Below, piece by piece: positions 59,908 to 64,000 of a DNA stretch of 64,000 bases (within the stretch, counting starts at the first letter, position 1; each line of letters starts with the position of its first letter). Under the pieces are notes generated by a model. That model ran no database searches, had not been told where the DNA came from, and saw only the letters and a program-made list of their open reading frames with translations. This DNA is from an uncultured Methylomirabilota bacterium (lineage in GTDB: Bacteria; Methylomirabilota; Methylomirabilia; Methylomirabilales; 2-02-FULL-66-22): NCBI GenBank assembly GCA_963705305.1, contig OY970067.1, positions 3,968,001 through 4,032,000 of the forward strand, written 5' to 3'. A program made the position numbers and the translations under genes.

Positions 59908-61071
59908 GTGACCATTTCCGGGTGTCCCATACACACAGCGGACGTCGTCGTGATTGGCGGCGGCGTAATCGGGATGGCATGTGCCTATTCGCTGGCGCGT
60001 GCCGGCAGCAGCGTCATCCTAACCGAAAGACGAGCCATCGCGTCAGAGGCATCCGGGGGCAGCGCCGGAGGAATCCGGCAACAGAACCGTGATCCTGCGG
60101 AGCTGCCCCTGGCTATGGCCGCCAATCGGATGTGGAAGACGCTGGAGCAGGACCTGGAGGCGGACCTTGAATACCGTCGCTGCGGTCACCTCCACCTTGC
60201 GGAGAGCAGCACACAGGTCGCCGACCTCGAAGCGGCTGTGGCTCGGCAGCGGTCGCGAGGCCTGGATGTGCGAATGATGTACGGCGGCGACCTCCGCAAG
60301 CTGGTCCCCGCGGTGAGTCCTCGCGTCCTGGCGGGCAGCTATACTGCCGAGGACGGCTTTGCAAATCCCATCCTGGTCACGTCTGCGTTCGCGACTGCCG
60401 CCCGCCGGTGGGGCGCCAAGGTGCTCACCCAAACCGCCGTGACGCGGATCAGGCGGGCGGGGGCCCGGGTCGAAGGTGTGGATACCTCGAGCGGTACGAT
60501 CGCCAGCCGATGGGTCGTCAATGCAGCTGGCGCCTGGTCTGGCGGCCTTTCGCAAACCGCCGGCGTCGCTTTCCTCTTGCGCCCCGAAGCCCATCAAATG
60601 ATGGTGACGGAGAAGGTCCGTCCTATCTTAACGCCGGTGCTCACGTGCCTGGGCCGAGCATTAAGCGTCAAGCAAATGCCGCAGGGCTCTTTTGTGATCG
60701 GCGGTGGCTGGCCCGGCATCCCCGACATGGCAGAGGGCCGGGGGCGGCCCAAGATCGGTAGTCCCAGCGGGAGTGCCGCGGAGGTTACGGCAATCCTTCC
60801 GCTGACCGGACACTTGCTCACGATGCGGGTCTGGAACAGCTTGGAGGCCCACGCAATTGATGAGGTCCCGGTGATCGGGCCCGTCGACGGCTACGACGGT
60901 TATCTCCTTGCCACAGGCTTTTCGGGCCACGGCTTCGCGTTGGCACCAGCGGTCGGCAAGGCAATTGCGGAATTCGTGACGGCTGGTCGCACGTCACTTG
61001 GAATCGAACACCTGAACGTGCGCCGTTTTGGCCAGTGCGAACAGGAGAAATTACAGGCCTTCAAGCGCTGA
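59908..61071 (+). CDS. FAD-dependent oxidoreductase (SoxB/DAO family), third copy
   Basis: VIGGGVIG, GGIRQQ, DGFANP, GFSGHGF. Confidence 0.92.
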   Translation: MTISGCPIHTADVVVIGGGVIGMACAYSLARAGSSVILTERRAIASEASGGSAGGIRQQNRDPAELPLAMAANRMWKTLEQDLEADLEYRRCGHLHLAESSTQVADLEAAVARQRSRGLDVRMMYGGDLRKLVPAVSPRVLAGSYTAEDGFANPILVTSAFATAARRWGAKVLTQTAVTRIRRAGARVEGVDTSSGTIASRWVVNAAGAWSGGLSQTAGVAFLLRPEAHQMMVTEKVRPILTPVLTCLGRALSVKQMPQGSFVIGGGWPGIPDMAEGRGRPKIGSPSGSAAEVTAILPLTGHLLTMRVWNSLEAHAIDEVPVIGPVDGYDGYLLATGFSGHGFALAPAVGKAIAEFVTAGRTSLGIEHLNVRRFGQCEQEKLQAFKR

Positions 61072-61189
61072 TTCCGGGGGATGTCTCGGATAGCCGTAAG
61101 TTCAGCGCTTGATGTTGGCGCATCCGAAGTCGAAAATGCGTCTGATTGGGCTCCTTGCGCACTGCCCGTGGGGAGTCACGGAGGCATCG

Positions 61190-61474
61190 ATGCCCGCGAA
61201 GCAATCTTACATCGTCTTGAATGACCAGGACAACGTGGCCACTGTGATCCGGAGTCTGATGGAGGGCGAAACGGTAGAGACTAACAGTGGGACCATACTC
61301 CTGCGGCAGGCGATTCCGTATGGGCACAAGTTTGCACTCCGCGAGATCCGGCAGGGGGAGTATGTGGTCAAGTACGGGGCCCAGATCGGGCGGGCAACCA
61401 TTCCCATTGCGCCCGGAGACCACGTTCATGTTCACAACGTTGAGGACATCGTGGACGAAGTGCGGAAACGGTAG
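61190..61474 (+). CDS. SAF-domain small subunit of a UxaA/SuyA-type enzyme
   Basis: DNVAT, IPYGHKFAL, VKYG, GDHVHVHN. Confidence 0.9.
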   Translation: MPAKQSYIVLNDQDNVATVIRSLMEGETVETNSGTILLRQAIPYGHKFALREIRQGEYVVKYGAQIGRATIPIAPGDHVHVHNVEDIVDEVRKR

Positions 61475-61484
61475 GGGGCGTCAC

Positions 61485-62630
61485 ATGGAGTTTTGCGGGT
61501 ACCGACGGGCAGACGGCCGAGTGGGTGTGCGCAATCACGTGGCGGTCGTTTCCACTGTGCTCTGTAGTTCTGAAGTCACGCGCGAGATCGCCCGCGCAAC
61601 CGGCGCCATGGGCATCACCCACGAGGCCGGCTGCGGAGAGCTTGGTTCCGAAAAAGCACACACCGAACGGATATTGCGAGGTGTGATCACGCATCCGAAC
61701 ATCGGCGCGGTGCTGATCGTCGGCTTGGGATGTGAGCAGATCGAACCGGAACGGCTGGGGAAGTCTGTGACCGACCGACCCGTTCAGAGTCTCAGCATCC
61801 AACGATTTGGTGGACCGACGGCCGCGGTGCGGCGCGGGATCACAATGGTTCGCGAGATGACTGCCGCGATCGCTGGTTCCATCCGGCAGCGTGCGGGCGT
61901 GGCAGACCTGATTCTCGCGACGCAATGTGGCGGATCGGACACCGGGTCCGGGCTTGCCTCCAATCCCGCATTGGGCGTTGTGGCGGACCTTATGGTGGCG
62001 GGCGGCGGTACGGTGGTCATGGGCGAGACCAGCGGTATGTACGGTGCGGCCGGGTTCCTCACGCGCCGTGCCTCGAGCCCGGCAGTTGCGAAGCGAATCC
62101 TGGAAATTACTGACGCTATCGAGCGGCATTCGCAGCGGCTCGGGAAGAGCATCAAGGAAGCAAATCCAACCCCCGGTAATATTGCCGGAGGGCTTACAAC
62201 CCTCGTAGAAAAAGCCCTGGGCGGCGTCCGTAAGAGTGGGACCACACCCATTCAGGGGGTGGTCTCACCCGCAGAACAGGTTGCAGGCAAGGGCGTGTGG
62301 GTCATGGACACGAGCGTGGGAATCGGGGCGTGTGCGATGTCCGATATGTTGGTTGGTGGTGCCCAGATGCTCGCATACACTACCGGCCGGGGGAATCCGC
62401 TCGGCTCTCCGATTGGGCCGGTAATCAAGATCACGGCTACTGCGGATACGGCCAAGAGCCTGCAGGAAATCATCGATTTCGACGCATCCCCAGTCTTGCG
62501 GGGCGAGGAGACAATCTCTGAGTGTGGTCAGCGTCTGCTGGATGAGGTACTTGCCGTCGCAAGTGGGAAACTTACGAAGGCCGAAAGGCTTGGCCACTAC
62601 GCGTTCGCGATCGGCCGAATCGCAACCTAA
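61485..62630 (+). CDS. UxaA/GarD/SuyB-family large subunit
   Basis: GYRRADGRVGVRN, GLGCE, QCGGSD, NPTPGNIAGGLTT, TTGRG. Confidence 0.92.
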   Translation: MEFCGYRRADGRVGVRNHVAVVSTVLCSSEVTREIARATGAMGITHEAGCGELGSEKAHTERILRGVITHPNIGAVLIVGLGCEQIEPERLGKSVTDRPVQSLSIQRFGGPTAAVRRGITMVREMTAAIAGSIRQRAGVADLILATQCGGSDTGSGLASNPALGVVADLMVAGGGTVVMGETSGMYGAAGFLTRRASSPAVAKRILEITDAIERHSQRLGKSIKEANPTPGNIAGGLTTLVEKALGGVRKSGTTPIQGVVSPAEQVAGKGVWVMDTSVGIGACAMSDMLVGGAQMLAYTTGRGNPLGSPIGPVIKITATADTAKSLQEIIDFDASPVLRGEETISECGQRLLDEVLAVASGKLTKAERLGHYAFAIGRIAT

Positions 62631-63061
62631 CGCCGATTGCATCGAGCATCGAAGATACCCATCGTGAGAAACAGAAATTTGCGCTAGCTTTTATGCTCGT
62701 TTTTCTGCGGGACGAATACCTACCCCCGGCCCTCCGAATCGGATGGGCCGGAGTGACCCAAACTGACCCAACCCCTAACAACTGGTCCAGATTGAGGTTG
62801 AGCTTTCGGCTTCGAGAGACGGTACCTCTTTGTCGACGAGGATTGCGTCTGACCCACGTCTACTAAAACGAGCTCCCGGCGATGGGGCTGCTGCACGTCC
62901 TCGCGGTGGGCGGCAGGTGGTCAATGTCTAGTAAGCATCCAGTAAGCAGGAGCCGCAGAAAGGGGCTAAAATGGGTAGGGTCATCCAGAAAGAGAATTCG
63001 CGTAAGTGCATGATAAACAACGTTATTCTCAAGTAGACCAGAATGGCCTGGAAACCCCGTT

Positions 63062-63111
63062 CCTGCCTTACAAGCAGGGGGTCGGTGGTTCGAAACCACC
63101 TTCGCCCACCA
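63062..63111 (+). tRNA. 3' fragment of tRNA-Val(TAC), probable att core; not an intact tRNA
   Basis: Anticodon arm CCTGC-CTTACAA-GCAGG, T arm GGTGG-TTCGAAA-CCACC, end TCGCCCACCA; 5' acceptor strand and D arm absent. Confidence 0.85.
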
Positions 63112-63116
63112 ATGAA

Positions 63117-63152
63117 ATCAGGGGGTTCCGAAAGAGCCCCCTGATCTTTTTT
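63117..63152 (+). terminator. Intrinsic terminator-like hairpin
   Basis: ATCAGGGGGTTC / GAGCCCCCTGAT stem followed by T6. Confidence 0.7.
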
Positions 63153-63330
63153 CCAAAACGTGCCCGAAAACGTGCCCGTGAGGTCTTCTGGGCATCCCCG
63201 ACAATGAAAGGCTATAAACCGGTTGAGGGCACGGGTATACATTTCAGCTCCAGCTTGGTCGTAGTCCCGCGGGGCCGTATGACGGCTTAATTCCCCAGCG
63301 TTGCTTGGAACAAGATGTGTCCCCACCCTG

Positions 63331-63717
63331 GCGCTCCGGGCACTCGGGATTACGAGGGTCCGGCAGCATGATTTCAGACGCAGCTTCATCGCCCTCCATG
63401 TCGAAGCGGGCACCCACCCGAAGCTCATCCAGGAACGCGTGGGCCACAGCAACATCGGCCTCACGATGGACGTTTACGGGAAAATCACCGGGCGGATGGC
63501 CCTGTCTCCGGAGCAGGAGGCACGATTGGACGCGCTGGCGGCCAGGGCACTCCCGGCGCCGGTCCCGGTCAAGCCGGGGACGAATTCCGATGCGAACACC
63601 GCCGCCGACTCCGGCTGCAAACCCGCCAAGAATTCCGATCCCGAAGGAATCGCCTACCAGGATCGAGTGATGCTTGGGGAGCCAAGCACGGATCAAACGG
63701 GTCCCCAACAACAATAA
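63331..63717 (+). pseudogene. C-terminal fragment of a tyrosine integrase
   Basis: HDFRR (HxxR), VGHS, TMDVY catalytic motifs; N-terminal part absent; start approximate. Confidence 0.85.
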
Positions 63718-63737
63718 TCGCTCACCCTCTGTTCAGT

Positions 63738-64000
63738 CTATAGCGTGTGAATGGCGCTCTCAATCCGGTCAAGTGTCTCATCAATATCCGTTGGCTTGTG
63801 AGCAGCGGAAAATCCGTGATGCCCTAGGGCCAGTCGTCCATAATTGTGGAAATAGATCCCTTGCTCAAAGCAGGACCGGATGAATCGGTAGCCCAAGTCC
63901 CCGTTAATTCGGGCGGCGTCCTGGTAGTTAGTCACTTCCGAGGTCACTCCGAAATAAATACCGAAACGGGCACCCAGCCCCTGCACCCGGGCCGGTACGC
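63738..64000 (-). CDS. 3' end of a class-III PLP aminotransferase (GSA-aminomutase-like), partial
   Basis: QGLGARFGIYF, VTNYQDA, QGIYF, FSAAH..TDIDETL. Confidence 0.8.
   Translation of the reverse strand, partial: VPARVQGLGARFGIYFGVTSEVTNYQDAARINGDLGYRFIRSCFEQGIYFHNYGRLALGHHGFSAAHKPTDIDETLDRIESAIHTL

Larger units (their letters stand above)
62754..63178. repeat. Three pairs of short tandem direct repeats around the tRNA fragment (integrase arm-site-like)
   Basis: TGACCCAA x2 (62754, 62764), AGTAAGCA x2 (62930, 62941), AAAACGTGCCCG x2 (63155, 63167). Confidence 0.6.

Noticed and set aside
63030..63111. Intact tRNA-Val gene
   Set aside because: Upstream sequence cannot form the acceptor 5' strand (expected GGGCGA) or a D arm
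1..64000. CRISPR array or cas genes
   Set aside because: No regularly spaced 25-45 nt repeats or cas motifs seen; the repeats found are paralogous domains or 7-16 nt units

Overview
High-GC bacterial DNA; the host cannot be determined from the sequence alone. Almost all genes lie on the + strand, in four blocks. (1) 1-17.9 kb: two-component regulators, including a sigma54 activator, PAS kinase and receiver trio resembling Serratia gvrABC. They precede a large gas vesicle cluster: gvpA, two GvpC-like genes, gvpN, gvpV, five GvpF/L paralogues, gvpG, an O-like gene, gvpJ, an M/S-like gene and gvpK. The cluster embeds a proteostasis module: a J-domain-fused GvpF/L, an Hsp20/GvpH, a Get3/ArsA ATPase and a CDC48/p97 ATPase. 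(2) 18.5-39.4 kb: a phage methylase remnant and an orphan kaiB, then a tandemly duplicated, partly decayed signalling cassette (PAS/GAF kinases including a 7-GAF hybrid kinase, HD-GYP, receivers, sigma54 activators). Its kinases carry in-frame short tandem-repeat insertions. (3) 39.5-44.3 kb: dead mobile elements (resolvase, IS4, IS481-like). (4) 44.3-62.6 kb: a GntR-led catabolic island with an Opp/Dpp-type ABC transporter whose binding protein appears circularly permuted, two HcnABC/opine-dehydrogenase-like sets, and URO-D-like, isochorismatase-like and split UxaA/SuyAB-like genes. The window ends at a tRNA-Val 3' fragment (att site), an integrase remnant and a class-III aminotransferase 3' end. 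All calls come from motif recognition by eye; no searches were run.
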